Shown here piece after piece: positions 20,962 through 31,178 of a DNA stretch of 64,000 nucleotides. Every line of letters begins with the position of its first letter. The first letter of the stretch is position 1. Origin of the DNA: Minisyncoccota bacterium (lineage in GTDB: Bacteria > Patescibacteriota > Minisyncoccia > Phycocordibacterales > Phycocordibacteraceae); assembly GCA_022842945.1 (NCBI GenBank), contig JALHOO010000002.1:25030-89029 (forward strand), read 5' to 3'. The position numbers and the translations under genes were made by a program. The notes under the pieces are model-generated. The model did not search any database and was not told the DNA's origin. It worked only from the letters and a program-made list of their open reading frames with translations.

Positions 20962-21405
20962 ATGGCACAGCATAACGCGCGATGTGCGGGCGGCATTGTC
21001 CTTGGAGACAGCGGTACCGTGGTACTCGTACAAAGAACCGGCGGAGATGGCGCATGGCTCTTTCCTAAAGGGCATATAGACGAAGGCGAGGATGACGAAG
21101 CGGCTGCACGCCGTGAGATAGAAGAAGAGACGGGCCTTACGAACCTAGAACTCATCGATGACCTTGGCACGTACACGAGACACGGCATACACAAAGACGG
21201 CACCCCGAACCTTGAGAACGTTAAAGAGATTCATATGTTCCTCTTTGCTGCAGAGCCGCATTCTAGTCTCAATCCTTCTCACGAAATAGAAGAAGCACAA
21301 TGGGTATCGCTCTCTCGCCTTATCCACGAGATTGGGAACGCGAAAGACAAAGCATGGTTTACCACCGTCTTTGAGCGTGTGCGTCACGCCATTCAACGAG
21401 ACTAG
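20962..21405 (+). CDS. NUDIX hydrolase (Ap4A hydrolase-like)
   Basis: WLFPKGHIDEGEDDEAAARREIEEETGL Nudix box. Confidence 0.92.
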   Translation: MAQHNARCAGGIVLGDSGTVVLVQRTGGDGAWLFPKGHIDEGEDDEAAARREIEEETGLTNLELIDDLGTYTRHGIHKDGTPNLENVKEIHMFLFAAEPHSSLNPSHEIEEAQWVSLSRLIHEIGNAKDKAWFTTVFERVRHAIQRD

Positions 21406-22559
21406 CGAATAGCGCGCGCAATCGCAGGCACTACCCGCGCATCAAGCACATCAGGGATTATCTTGGTTGCCGTAGGGATGGGCACAAGCGCCGCAAGCGC
21501 GTGTGCCGCACGGAGCTTTGATGCTTCGGTTATCTCTGTAACCTGCTTATCAAGCGCTCCGCGGAATACACCTGGAAACACCAGTGCGTTGTTAATCTGA
21601 TTCGGGAAATCAGATCGTCCCGTTGCAATAACCATAGCCCCACCCTTCTTCGCTTGCTCGGGCATAATCTCAGGCACAGGGTTTGAAAGCGCAAAGACAA
21701 TAGCGCGTGGAGCCATACACGTAATATCTTCAGCGGTAAGTAGATTTGGACCCGAGACACCAATAAAGGCGTCGCTTCCGTGAAGTGCGTCTCGCATGCT
21801 TCCTGAAACCTGGCGAGGATTCGTGAGACTCGCTATCTCTTGTTTGCTCGCATTCAAGTCCTTGCGCCCCTTGTGTATAGCTCCTCCGCGATCAATAAGT
21901 ATGAGGTCATCTATGCCTGATGCTTTAAGGAGCTTCGCGATGGCGACACCCGCAGCTCCTGCGCCACTAATAACAACGTTCAGCTTCTTGAATGGTTTCT
22001 TCACCACCTTCGCGGCATTCATGAGCCCAGCCAGCACCACCATAGCGGTACCATGCTGGTCGTCATGCATAACGGGAATATCGAGTGCCTCGATAAGCCG
22101 CCGCTCGATTTCAAAACACTCCGGAGCTTTAATGTCCTCGAGGTTAATACCTCCCCACCCCGGTGCAATAGCAATAATGGTACGCACTATTTCGTCAGGG
22201 TCCTGTGTGTTTAGAACAATAGGCCACGCGTCTATACCTGCAAACTCTCGAAAGATAAGTGCTTTCCCTTCCATAACAGGAAGCGCGCCATAGGGGCCAA
22301 TGTTCCCAAGTCCAAGCACGGCCGAGCCGTCGCTAATAACCGCAACACTATTCTTCTTAACGGAAAACTTCCGTGCGTCCTCAGGATACTTCGCAAGATG
22401 GAGAGACGCGGTCCCGACGCCAGGAGTGTAATAGAGCGCGAGCGCTTCCTTCTTCTTTAGGGGGACTCTTCCCTTGGTTTCAATACGAGCGCCCGTCTTC
22501 TTAAATGCCGATAACACCTGGGCAGGCGTAGGCGGGAGAGATTTCTTGCGTAGAGACAT
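21402..22559 (-). CDS. NAD(P)-dependent malic enzyme
   Basis: YYTPGV, VLGLGNIG, PVMEGK, INLEDI, HDDQHGTA, GAGAAG, NQINNAL. Confidence 0.95.
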   Translation of the reverse strand: MSLRKKSLPPTPAQVLSAFKKTGARIETKGRVPLKKKEALALYYTPGVGTASLHLAKYPEDARKFSVKKNSVAVISDGSAVLGLGNIGPYGALPVMEGKALIFREFAGIDAWPIVLNTQDPDEIVRTIIAIAPGWGGINLEDIKAPECFEIERRLIEALDIPVMHDDQHGTAMVVLAGLMNAAKVVKKPFKKLNVVISGAGAAGVAIAKLLKASGIDDLILIDRGGAIHKGRKDLNASKQEIASLTNPRQVSGSMRDALHGSDAFIGVSGPNLLTAEDITCMAPRAIVFALSNPVPEIMPEQAKKGGAMVIATGRSDFPNQINNALVFPGVFRGALDKQVTEITEASKLRAAHALAALVPIPTATKIIPDVLDARVVPAIARAIR

Positions 22560-22598
22560 GTAGATACTAGTGAACGATTGCTCGCAGAGTATCGCAGT

Positions 22599-24152
22599 CT
22601 AGCTCGCGGTTGTCGAACACGTCTTTAGAAGTGCTGCGCGCGTTGCCGGTCCCACAATGCCGTACGCCGTGGAACTCGGTGAGACAATCTTTTCCTGTAC
22701 TTGGAACCGCTTCACGGCTGCAAGCGTAGCGGGTCCAAAATACCCCGTTACCTTCCCTTCTGGAAACATCGTAGGATTCTTTGCAAGGAGCGTCTGCAGT
22801 CGCGTAACCTCTCCCTTGGTTGAGGCGTCGTCTGCACTAGGTATCAGCTCACTCGTGAACGCAGCGCAGACAGTACCGGGGGTTGGTGTCGGGGCTTGCA
22901 GTACTGGCGCCTGAAGTACTTCTGCAAGAACCGGAGTTGAGAGACCAAACGCAGTATTAAGGGCTTGCCGTGTTGAAGGCCCAAGGAGTCCCGTTTGCTC
23001 AATACCCTTCTGTGCCTGGAATGCCTTGAGTGCAAGTGTGGTGCACTCGTTTAGAATGCCCGATACCGGACACTCAGCCAAAGAGGCCTCGGTTCCTGGA
23101 TACAAGCCGAGACTTCGAAGAGATGCCTGGAGCGCGTAGATTGCGCGAGGGTTTGCAGCGGTTGTAGTCGCGAGCACGTCACTTCCAAACTGGAACGGAA
23201 GCGCACGTGAGGCGTACGGTGCGCGTTCGGTTGAGCCAAAGAAGTCCTTCACGCCGAGTGCGGTTTGATACGCAAAGTCCATAAAGACTTCGTTGCGTGC
23301 ACCGTCTCCCGTTATGCGCGGCTCATAGATATATCCGTACTCAATAAGGAGGCTCGGTGGCTTGGCGGTGTTGTACGCACCAATGGCGATGAGCTCTCGG
23401 GACTCGAGAATACCTGTTACCTCCTGTCCAAACGTAGAGGTTGCTGTGGTGGTATTGAGCCGGTCGAATATAGGCTCTGCAATAGCTCGGGAAGTCTTTC
23501 CGTTTCCGTACAAACGCTCAGGGATGTAAATAGAGGCTCCTGAGTGTATGCCACGAACGTTCTCTTCGTGTCCCGTCTCGTCATTCAAATGGAGATGGAG
23601 GACAAGATCCACATCGTTCTCGTTGGACCATTTGTTTATGCCATACAGACGAAGTGCCACATCGCTTCTGGCAGCGTTGTGTGCTGCATGTGCATACGTC
23701 TCTTCGAGTCGTCCACGTTTCTCGAGTTTCTTCATAGCCTCCTTCTGCTTCTCGACAAAGCGCTCAATCTTTTTTCCCTGCCTGTCAAAGTAGTACTCAA
23801 AATCATCGTTCCATCCCTGGGTTCCGCGCGCGACAAATACTTCAAAGTTTGGGTCAGTTCTAAGCTCCTGTGCCAGCTGCTCGGCAATAGCAACCACGAA
23901 CTCACGCTCGTAATACCCCATGAACTCGGTGCCTCCATAGTTGTGCTCATGCCCCGGCATGATGAGAATACGGACCTTCTCTCCACCCGCACTCGCTTCA
24001 GCATATGCCTCACTCAAATCATCAACACTCATCGCCTCTTCAAAGGAGACCGTACGTTTCTTTGAAGCTGCCTCAAGATGCGGGGCGCCACTTATGAACA
24101 CAACCGCAAGAATCAGGGTGAAAGAGAGGGAGGTTGGAAAGAATGTACGCAT
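22599..24152 (-). CDS. Secreted N-acetylmuramoyl-L-alanine amidase (Amidase_3) with two peptidoglycan-binding domains
   Basis: Signal peptide; MPGH..E, LHLHLN, LLIEYGY; ALKAFQ..G.LGPSTR and TGYFGPATLAAVKRFQ..GIVGPATR. Confidence 0.85.
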   Translation of the reverse strand: MRTFFPTSLSFTLILAVVFISGAPHLEAASKKRTVSFEEAMSVDDLSEAYAEASAGGEKVRILIMPGHEHNYGGTEFMGYYEREFVVAIAEQLAQELRTDPNFEVFVARGTQGWNDDFEYYFDRQGKKIERFVEKQKEAMKKLEKRGRLEETYAHAAHNAARSDVALRLYGINKWSNENDVDLVLHLHLNDETGHEENVRGIHSGASIYIPERLYGNGKTSRAIAEPIFDRLNTTTATSTFGQEVTGILESRELIAIGAYNTAKPPSLLIEYGYIYEPRITGDGARNEVFMDFAYQTALGVKDFFGSTERAPYASRALPFQFGSDVLATTTAANPRAIYALQASLRSLGLYPGTEASLAECPVSGILNECTTLALKAFQAQKGIEQTGLLGPSTRQALNTAFGLSTPVLAEVLQAPVLQAPTPTPGTVCAAFTSELIPSADDASTKGEVTRLQTLLAKNPTMFPEGKVTGYFGPATLAAVKRFQVQEKIVSPSSTAYGIVGPATRAALLKTCSTTAS

Positions 24153-24225
24153 ATGTATGTACCCTAGCATGAGGACTATATCCCCATACTGGCGTACTAC
24201 CTATGACGTAGGCGTGAAGCCTGTC

Positions 24226-24597
24226 TTACTTCTTTGCGTGCACAAATACCTTGGCCGTACAGGTCGAGGTCGCGCCACTCTTTGACGTAAACGTCATCGG
24301 GAACTCATGCTTGCCGAGAACTGCTATAGAAATACGCTGCCTGCCCTTTGTTGCCCACTCTTTATCTCCTTTCACCATTCCCGTAACAGTCTCTGCATTT
24401 CGACTCTTCCACACAATATCAACCGATCCTCCTGAACGGATGACACGCTTGGTTGCACGCACCTCACAGGTTGGCGGGAGCGGAACCATAGTTATGTTCG
24501 CGACACGCAGTTCAAGGTCTGCGGCACGTGCGGGCATCGGTACGAACGCACCAAGGAGAACAGGAATAACAAGGAATGCGGCAAGTCGGTAGGTCAT
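24226..24597 (-). CDS. Hypothetical secreted Ig-like beta protein
   Basis: Signal peptide (ARA|AD); PTC..A..I.SG.SV.I.WKS.NA. Confidence 0.65.
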   Translation of the reverse strand: MTYRLAAFLVIPVLLGAFVPMPARAADLELRVANITMVPLPPTCEVRATKRVIRSGGSVDIVWKSRNAETVTGMVKGDKEWATKGRQRISIAVLGKHEFPMTFTSKSGATSTCTAKVFVHAKK

Positions 24598-24669
24598 ACC
24601 TCTATGAGAACATGGTCGAGGAGATTGCACCAGATGTCCCCTTTGATACAGGGACGTATACTGAGAGAC

Positions 24670-26850
24670 ATGAAGCCTACGGACGTGGTATCACAGCACT
24701 TCACCCGATTGAAGCCCGACCAGAAGAAAGCACTCGAGAAACTGGGTATTCGCACCATTCTCGACCTTCTCTACCACTTCCCTGCGCGATACGAAGCAGG
24801 AGGTCCCACCGGCACCATAGGAAGTGCCACGGCCGGGAGCGAGGTAACGCTGTACGGCACCATACGTAAGCCTGAGGCGAAGAAGGCATGGAAGTCGAAG
24901 CGTCCTATGGGAGAAGCGTGGCTTGAGGACGCGTCAGGACGCATGAAACTGCGGTGGTTCTCTCAGCCCTATATTGCAAAGTCTCTAACCGACGGCATGG
25001 TGGTGAAAGCAAGCGGAAAGATTGCTGGAACAGGAGACAAAATATATCTCGCAAACCCTGAGATAGATCGTTCAGTCGTGAACCCAGAAGACATACACGA
25101 CAGCCTCTTCTCGGCCGTGGACGAGCTTGGCACCACAATTCTCGAGGACACGCTCTACGCCATATACCCCGAATCTAAGGGTGTCTCGTCACTCTGGTTC
25201 CTGCACGCACTGAAGCGTGTGTTTGAAGCCGGCGTACACGAACACCTTGTAGACCCTTTACCTAAAGACATGCTCGAGCGGTACAACCTCCCCACCCTCG
25301 GCACCGCACTCATATGGATGCATGCGCCAAGAAAGCTTCCGGACGCTCAATCTGCAAAGAAGCGTTTCGCCTTCCAAGAAGTGCTCGCTATTCAGCTCAC
25401 CACACAGCGTCGCCGACTTGAAGCAACGAAAGAACGTGCGCTGCCGGTACACGCAGACCGCACATCGCTTCAAGCATTCATGGACTCCTTTCCGTTTCCA
25501 CCAACCGAGGCCCAAGCCCGCTCTATTGAGAGCATCGTAGCGGACTTCGAGAAGCCACATCCTATGAGAAGACTTCTTGAAGGAGACGTGGGTAGCGGAA
25601 AGACGGCGGTAGCGGCAGCAACGGCGTACATGGTTGCGACATCGCGTCCTCCGGGAAGAGTGGCGGGTACCCTCCAGGTTGCGTACATGTGCCCTACCGA
25701 GATTCTTGCGAAGCAACACTTCTCAACCTTCGTCTCGTACTTCAAGGAACACCCCATTCCCATTGGCCTCATAACGGGCAACGAATGCAGGAAGTTCCCC
25801 TCTAAAGTTTCGTACGAGGAGTCTGCGAAGGTGTCTCGTGCGCAGTTTGCGAAGTGGGTAGCCAATGGCGAGATTCCTATTGTTATAGGTACGCACGCGC
25901 TCGTATACAAGTCGCTGAAGTTTCAGAACCTCGCATACGCCATTATCGACGAGCAGCACCGCTTCGGGAAAGCGCACCGCCAAAAGCTCACGAAGAAGGA
26001 TGGTTCTCTGTCTCCGCACCTTCTTTCTATGACAGCGACACCTATTCCCCGCACGCTCGCCCTCTCTATATATGGAGACCTTGATTTATCTCTGCTCGAT
26101 CAGATGCCTCTTGGAAGAAAGCCCATTATTTCTGAAGTGCTCGGCCCCGAGAAGCGAGAAAAGGCCTATGAGCGCGTACGCTCGGAACTCGCACTCGGAC
26201 ACCAGGCGTATGTTATCTGTCCCCGCATAGACGAGCCGGACCCGCAGAAGGAGTTCGCAGTGCAAGCGAAGTCTGTTAAGGCTGAGGCAGAGAGACTCAA
26301 ATTGAACGTGTTCCCGGACGCTGAGATAGACATCCTACACAGCAAAATGACGCCGAAGGATAAGGAAGCGGTTATGAAACGATTCGAGAACGGCGAGGTA
26401 CAGATTCTCGTAGCGACGTCCGTTGTTGAGGTTGGTGTGAACGTGCCCAACGCTACTGTTATCCTCATTGAAGGCGCAGAGCGCTTTGGTCTCGCCCAGC
26501 TACATCAGTTACGCGGACGCGTTATTCGCTCAAGCAACCAAGCGTACTGCTTCGCACTTCCAAACTCCTACGGACCCGCCACCAAAGAACGGTTGAAAGC
26601 ACTCATAACCGCGAAGAACGGCTTTGAGCTCGCTGAGTACGATCTCGCGCTTCGAGGAGCCGGAGAGCTCTATGGCGCACGCCAGTGGGGCGTGTCGGAC
26701 ATGGCTATGGAGGCACTCAAGAACATCAAGATGGTTGAGGCAGCGAGAACTGAAGCACAGGACCTTATTAAGAAAGACCCGGAATTGAAGAAGCACCCCC
26801 TTCTTGCAGAGCTCGCCAAGGAAGCAGACGAAGAGGTGCATCCTGAATAA
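24670..26850 (+). CDS. recG: ATP-dependent DNA helicase RecG
   Basis: GDVGSGKT, DEQHRFG, MTATPIPRT, AERFGLAQLHQLRGRV; TATACT 7 nt before the ATG. Confidence 0.96.
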   Translation: MKPTDVVSQHFTRLKPDQKKALEKLGIRTILDLLYHFPARYEAGGPTGTIGSATAGSEVTLYGTIRKPEAKKAWKSKRPMGEAWLEDASGRMKLRWFSQPYIAKSLTDGMVVKASGKIAGTGDKIYLANPEIDRSVVNPEDIHDSLFSAVDELGTTILEDTLYAIYPESKGVSSLWFLHALKRVFEAGVHEHLVDPLPKDMLERYNLPTLGTALIWMHAPRKLPDAQSAKKRFAFQEVLAIQLTTQRRRLEATKERALPVHADRTSLQAFMDSFPFPPTEAQARSIESIVADFEKPHPMRRLLEGDVGSGKTAVAAATAYMVATSRPPGRVAGTLQVAYMCPTEILAKQHFSTFVSYFKEHPIPIGLITGNECRKFPSKVSYEESAKVSRAQFAKWVANGEIPIVIGTHALVYKSLKFQNLAYAIIDEQHRFGKAHRQKLTKKDGSLSPHLLSMTATPIPRTLALSIYGDLDLSLLDQMPLGRKPIISEVLGPEKREKAYERVRSELALGHQAYVICPRIDEPDPQKEFAVQAKSVKAEAERLKLNVFPDAEIDILHSKMTPKDKEAVMKRFENGEVQILVATSVVEVGVNVPNATVILIEGAERFGLAQLHQLRGRVIRSSNQAYCFALPNSYGPATKERLKALITAKNGFELAEYDLALRGAGELYGARQWGVSDMAMEALKNIKMVEAARTEAQDLIKKDPELKKHPLLAELAKEADEEVHPE

Positions 26851-26897
26851 AACTGCTGACACGTGCGCCAATAAACCAGATACGCTACAGTATGTGG

Positions 26898-26974
26898 GCA
26901 CCCTTAGCTCAGTTGGTTAGAGCACCTAGCTTATACCTAGGCGGTCCTTGGTTCGAGTCCAAGAGGGTGCACCA
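26898..26974 (+). tRNA. tRNA-Ile(UAU)
   Basis: GCACCCT/AGGGTGC acceptor stem, anticodon arm CCTAG-CT TAT AC-CTAGG, GGTTCGAGTCC, A73, encoded CCA. Confidence 0.9.
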
Positions 26975-27037
26975 GACGTGCGCGGAGAACGAGATTTTGA
27001 TATGGTGCATTTTAGAACGCCTGAAAGGAGGTCAGCT

Positions 27038-27319
27038 ATGCTGATGAACGCGTTGCTCATTTTCGTCATATGGGGACCATGGGCCATCTGGGATTGGCGT
27101 CGGTGTGGAATATTTCCCTACCTCACCTGCATCTATATAGCGGCAATGGCATTCGGGGTTTGGAGCGCACTGAACGGTACTCCGGGCTTCGGCATCCCGT
27201 TTGCAGGAGGCGCCTACGGCCTCTATGCCGTCACTGGTGGCTTCTTCTGGTTCAGACACCAGGGAAACCCTGCCATCTCTCACATCACCCTCGACGAGGT
27301 GCTGGGCAAGTCCCACTGA
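27038..27319 (+). CDS. Small hypothetical membrane protein (93 aa)
   Basis: Three hydrophobic segments; SD AAAGGAGGT; TGaTATGGT promoter; downstream hairpin. Confidence 0.7.
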   Translation: MLMNALLIFVIWGPWAIWDWRRCGIFPYLTCIYIAAMAFGVWSALNGTPGFGIPFAGGAYGLYAVTGGFFWFRHQGNPAISHITLDEVLGKSH

Positions 27320-27325
27320 ACGAAG

Positions 27326-27353
27326 AACGGCGACTCCTCTCGGAGTCGCCGTT
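27326..27353. terminator. Terminator between the small ORF and ftsH
   Basis: AACGGCGACTCC-tctc-GGAGTCGCCGTT. Confidence 0.75.
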
Positions 27354-27368
27354 TTCCTTTTGCGTGCC

Positions 27369-29300
27369 CTAGATCGACACGTCTTCCTCTTCCTTCTTCT
27401 TTGGTGTAATGCCGTTTGCAATAAGGATAGTTTCAAACTCCTCACGCTCAAGCGTCTCCACCTCAGTAAGACGGTCTGCAATCGCGTCCAGTGCCTTGCG
27501 GTTCTCTTCGAGCACCTGGCGTGCGCGAGTCTTGCCTTCGTCTATGATGCGGGCAACTTCTGCATCAATCTTTGCCGCTATATCCTGCGAGTATGTAGCG
27601 TCGCCATATGCACGGTCTCCCGCGTACGCAACAGGCCCGAGTACGTCACTCATGCCGTAACGAGACACCATGTCGCGCGCGAGGGCTGCGATAACCGCAA
27701 GATCGTTTGAGGGGCCCGTTGTAAGGTCGCCGTAAATCATCTCCTCTGCTACGTATCCGCCAAGCGTAGTAGCGATGTCGTCGAGGAAGGTCTTCCGGGA
27801 GTGCATGCGCTTGTCGTCAAACGGAAGCTTGAGGGTGTAGCCTGCAGCGCGTCCGCGACTGATAATCGAGATCTTGTGAATCGGGTCTGAGTGCTCAAGT
27901 ACGGAGCCCACGAGTGCGTGTCCTGCCTCGTGATACGCGGTAAGGCGCTTCTCCTTCTTTCCAAGCAGATGGCTCTTTCGTTCCGGACCGAGCATAACCT
28001 TCTCAATAGAGCGCACGAGATCGTACTGCGTAATCTCCTTGCGGTTCTCGCGGGCAGCCAAGATTGCTCCCTCGTTCATGAGCGAATAGAGCTCGGCTCC
28101 AGAGAAGCCTGGAGTGCGCTCCGCGATAACCTCAAGGTTAACGTCAGGACCAAACGGCTTCTTGCGTGCGTGCACCGTAAGAATCTCAAGACGATCTTTT
28201 CGGTCTGGGAGGTCGATAGTTACACGACGGTCGAAGCGTCCTGGGCGAAGAAGTGCCGGGTCAAGGACGTCAGGACGGTTGGTTGCCGCCATAACGATAA
28301 CCTTCTCAGTCGGATCAAATCCGTCCATCTCAACGAGGATCTGGTTAAGCGTCTGCTCGCGTTCGTCGTTCCCTCCTCCCACACCCGTACCACGCACGCG
28401 CCCAACGGCATCAATCTCGTCGATGAAGATGATGGACGGCGATGTCTTCTTCGCAAGAAGGAAGAGATCGCGTACACGTGACGCTCCCACACCCACAAAC
28501 ATCTCAACGAACTCAGAGCCTGAGATGGAGAAGAATGGTACGCCCGCTTCTCCCGCAACGGCGCGCGCAAGAAGAGTCTTTCCCGTTCCTGGTGCACCCA
28601 TAAGAAGGATTCCCTTTGGAATACGTGCACCGATATCAAGAAACTTCTTCGGGTTCTTCAAGAAGTCCACAATCTCAAGAAGCTCTTCCTTGGCTTCCTT
28701 GGCACCAGCAACGTCAGAGAAGAGTACACGCTGGGAGGTGTCCGCAGGATCAATCATGCGGGCCTTGGACTGGCCGAATGAGAATGCCTGCATGCCGGAC
28801 CCGCGCACCTGGCGCGTAAGGAACCAGAAGAGTACGCCCAGGAAGAGTATCGGGAGAAGAATAGGTGCAAGGCTCAAGAACCAATACTTGAATCCAGACT
28901 CGCTCTCAACCGTTACGTTAACGGCAGTGAGCTGTTCAGGGGTAACACCATATGCAGCGAGCGTCTCTGGAAGCGATGCCTCTGGATCTTTCATTGCCTC
29001 GCGCTCGGTGCCGTCCGCGTACGCGAGCACGAGACCGTTGCCCTCGATATGGATAGACGAGATAACTCCTGCCCTCACGTCAGCAGCAACCTGGGAAAGA
29101 GACACAGGCTCTTCCTTGTCTCCTTGGTTGGTTATAAGCGAGTAGCCACTCGTGAGGATAATAAGGATAAGGACAGTTGAGATGAGATTCGCCATGAATC
29201 CGCCACCTCCCGGGAGAAAGCCTCCCTTCCCTACCTGCTTCTTGTCTGTCTTCTTTGGGCCGGACTTCTCTGACCCGGCTGGTTTCTTTTTTGGTGCCAT
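27369..29300 (-). CDS. ftsH: ATP-dependent zinc metalloprotease FtsH
   Basis: Two TMs, [35 protein letters not shown]. Confidence 0.97.
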   Translation of the reverse strand: MAPKKKPAGSEKSGPKKTDKKQVGKGGFLPGGGGFMANLISTVLILIILTSGYSLITNQGDKEEPVSLSQVAADVRAGVISSIHIEGNGLVLAYADGTEREAMKDPEASLPETLAAYGVTPEQLTAVNVTVESESGFKYWFLSLAPILLPILFLGVLFWFLTRQVRGSGMQAFSFGQSKARMIDPADTSQRVLFSDVAGAKEAKEELLEIVDFLKNPKKFLDIGARIPKGILLMGAPGTGKTLLARAVAGEAGVPFFSISGSEFVEMFVGVGASRVRDLFLLAKKTSPSIIFIDEIDAVGRVRGTGVGGGNDEREQTLNQILVEMDGFDPTEKVIVMAATNRPDVLDPALLRPGRFDRRVTIDLPDRKDRLEILTVHARKKPFGPDVNLEVIAERTPGFSGAELYSLMNEGAILAARENRKEITQYDLVRSIEKVMLGPERKSHLLGKKEKRLTAYHEAGHALVGSVLEHSDPIHKISIISRGRAAGYTLKLPFDDKRMHSRKTFLDDIATTLGGYVAEEMIYGDLTTGPSNDLAVIAALARDMVSRYGMSDVLGPVAYAGDRAYGDATYSQDIAAKIDAEVARIIDEGKTRARQVLEENRKALDAIADRLTEVETLEREEFETILIANGITPKKKEEEDVSI

Positions 29301-29383
29301 AATCTCTCGATTATACGTCAGAGCAAGACGAAGTGCGACGGTAGAGGCGTTTTAGGTAAAAGCCTGGTACCCTTTATATATCC

Positions 29384-29830
29384 ATGACGACACTTATAGA
29401 GAACAAAAAAGCACGCCTTAGGTTTGAGGTGCTTGAGACCTTCCAAGCAGGTCTTGAGCTCCACGGATACGAGGTTAAATCTATCCGCGCGAAGCTCGGC
29501 AGTTTTGAAGGTTCCCGCGTTATTGTGCGCGGCGGCGAAGCCTTTATTGTTGGCATGACGATACCTCCCTTCCAGATTGCGAACGCACCGAAGACCTATG
29601 ATCCGGAGCGTCCGCGCAGACTGCTTCTGAAGCGCTCCGAGATAGTCGAACTCCTCGAAGCAGAAGCGAAGAAAGGATTGACACTAGTACCATTAGAGAT
29701 GTATAATGCGGGGAGATACCTGAAGGTGCGAGTAGCTATTGTCCGCGGAAAAGGCAAAGCGGATAAGCGCGAAGATATGAAGCGCTTAGAAGCCAAGAAA
29801 GAAGCGGATAGAGCCATGCGCCAGAAATAG
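29384..29830 (+). CDS. smpB: SsrA-binding protein
   Basis: NKKA, AGLELHGYEVKSIR, YDPERPRRLLL, GKGKADKRE. Confidence 0.95.
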   Translation: MTTLIENKKARLRFEVLETFQAGLELHGYEVKSIRAKLGSFEGSRVIVRGGEAFIVGMTIPPFQIANAPKTYDPERPRRLLLKRSEIVELLEAEAKKGLTLVPLEMYNAGRYLKVRVAIVRGKGKADKREDMKRLEAKKEADRAMRQK

Positions 29831-29839
29831 TCGATCGGT

Positions 29840-29875
29840 CCCGTTCTCTATTCCTCTTGAGGAATAGAGAACGGG
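29840..29875. repeat. 17-bp perfect inverted repeat overlapping the tmRNA 5' end
   Basis: CCCGTTCTCTATTCCTC-tt-GAGGAATAGAGAACGGG. Confidence 0.85.
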
Positions 29876-30280
29876 GGTGACCGGCTTTGACGGTCCAGTA
29901 CTTTGAGAGACGTGCGACGCGGTGGAAGGATACTGACCACCTAAAAACGTATTCAACCAAACTTGCCAAGAACACTCTTGCAAGCGTAAAGTCGCCTTAC
30001 TTCGGTAAGTCCGATTTTGCGTTCGCTTACGCGTAAAAGCTTCGCGCTTTCGCCTAAGCGACGTTCATACCTCTAGGGTCTCGTAGCTAGGAGTATGGGC
30101 GGAATTCTCTACGAGATCGGTGCCCGCATGCCCAGGCGATGTACTTAAACAACGGGCGTAGGCAGGAACGTTTTCGCTAGCGTTCATACGCTTCTGCTGA
30201 AATCTAAACGTTAGCTACGCGTCGTAGACTCGCTCTTAAAGCTGGATTCGGACGGGAGTTCAACTCTCCCCACCTCCACC
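29873..30280 (+). ncRNA. ssrA: tmRNA
   Basis: 5' GGGGGTGA..TTTGAC; 3' GGGAGTTCAACTCTCCCCACCTCCA with G3-U pair; tag ORF 29965-30036 AKNTLASVKSPYFGKSDFAFAYA*; follows smpB. Confidence 0.93.
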
Positions 30281-30310
30281 GATATAGAACTATGTAGAAA
30301 TACATGGAAC

Positions 30311-30342
30311 AGTAGAAAACCGCCCTGAGGCGGTTTTCTACT
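30311..30342. terminator. Bidirectional terminator
   Basis: AGTAGAAAACCGCC-ctga-GGCGGTTTTCTACT. Confidence 0.8.
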
Positions 30343-30358
30343 CGATACACAGTACTGA

Positions 30359-31018
30359 TTAGCTCTTACTCATTCTTGAGGCTCGCAAAGTCTCCATTCT
30401 AGCAACGAGTTTCTTTTCGTTGAAAGCACGCAAGCCATCGACTTGCATGAAGAACGGTGTGTCGAAAACACCGTCGTGGAGATACGTGAGTGGGTTATCT
30501 TCTGACATCGTATCCCCTAGGATAGTTTTGTAGCGCTCTAGAGAAGAAGAATCCAGGTTGAAGCAAAGATGTTTCGAATCAAAGTGTACGCCCATAACTT
30601 CAACTGGCTGTGTAATTTTTTTCAACTCTATCGAACTAACTCCAGACCAAGGAAGGAATATCAAACGATCCTTTACATAAGAAGTGGGGCGGAAATAGAA
30701 GCCTGATTCAAACGCCACGAACGCTGGATATGTTCTACGTGCTGATCTTAAGGCAGACTTGCAGGAAAATACTCCGGCTACAACAAAAAGTACCCCTAAA
30801 AGACCGAGGAACAAAAGGACGGGCGAGAACGTGTCTGTTGTAAGAATTAGGTAAAGAAGAAATCCACCTATTCCAAGCATAAGGACTCCAAAAATTGCCT
30901 TGGGCAATGCAGAGTACCGCAAGACATACAATGCTTCTTTGGTACTAAAGTCTGCGTGTGTTCCGTACAAGACCGGCAACTGCTCATTCCGTAAGTGTGG
31001 AGGGATTGTGGTTTCCAT
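30359..31018 (-). CDS. Hypothetical membrane protein (2 TM plus PH-like cytoplasmic domain)
   Basis: Two TMs, then ESGFY..FLPWSGVSSI; visibly AT-richer than its neighbours; TGaTATGAT 6 nt before the ATG. Confidence 0.7.
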   Translation of the reverse strand: METTIPPHLRNEQLPVLYGTHADFSTKEALYVLRYSALPKAIFGVLMLGIGGFLLYLILTTDTFSPVLLFLGLLGVLFVVAGVFSCKSALRSARRTYPAFVAFESGFYFRPTSYVKDRLIFLPWSGVSSIELKKITQPVEVMGVHFDSKHLCFNLDSSSLERYKTILGDTMSEDNPLTYLHDGVFDTPFFMQVDGLRAFNEKKLVARMETLRASRMSKS

Positions 31019-31131
31019 AATGAAATCATATCACTTTTGACTGTCCCATGAATCTACTACCCGAAGGAGAAGTGAGGAGCTCGTTTGTATCAAAGAGGTT
31101 CTAACTCGGGTAAGTCACTTCCACCTAATTT

Positions 31132-31157
31132 CAAAAGGACCCGAAAGGGTCCTTTTG
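31132..31157 (-). terminator. Intrinsic terminator
   Basis: CAAAAGGACCC-gaaa-GGGTCCTTTTG. Confidence 0.8.
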
Positions 31158-31178
31158 TGTTGGTGAGATGTCTAACAC

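Noticed and set aside
26948-27037. N-terminal extension of the 26948-27319 ORF
   Set aside because: Overlaps the tRNA-Ile T-arm; the SD-preceded ATG at 27038 is the better start
29736-29983. Minus-strand ORFs after smpB
   Set aside because: Antisense to smpB and tmRNA
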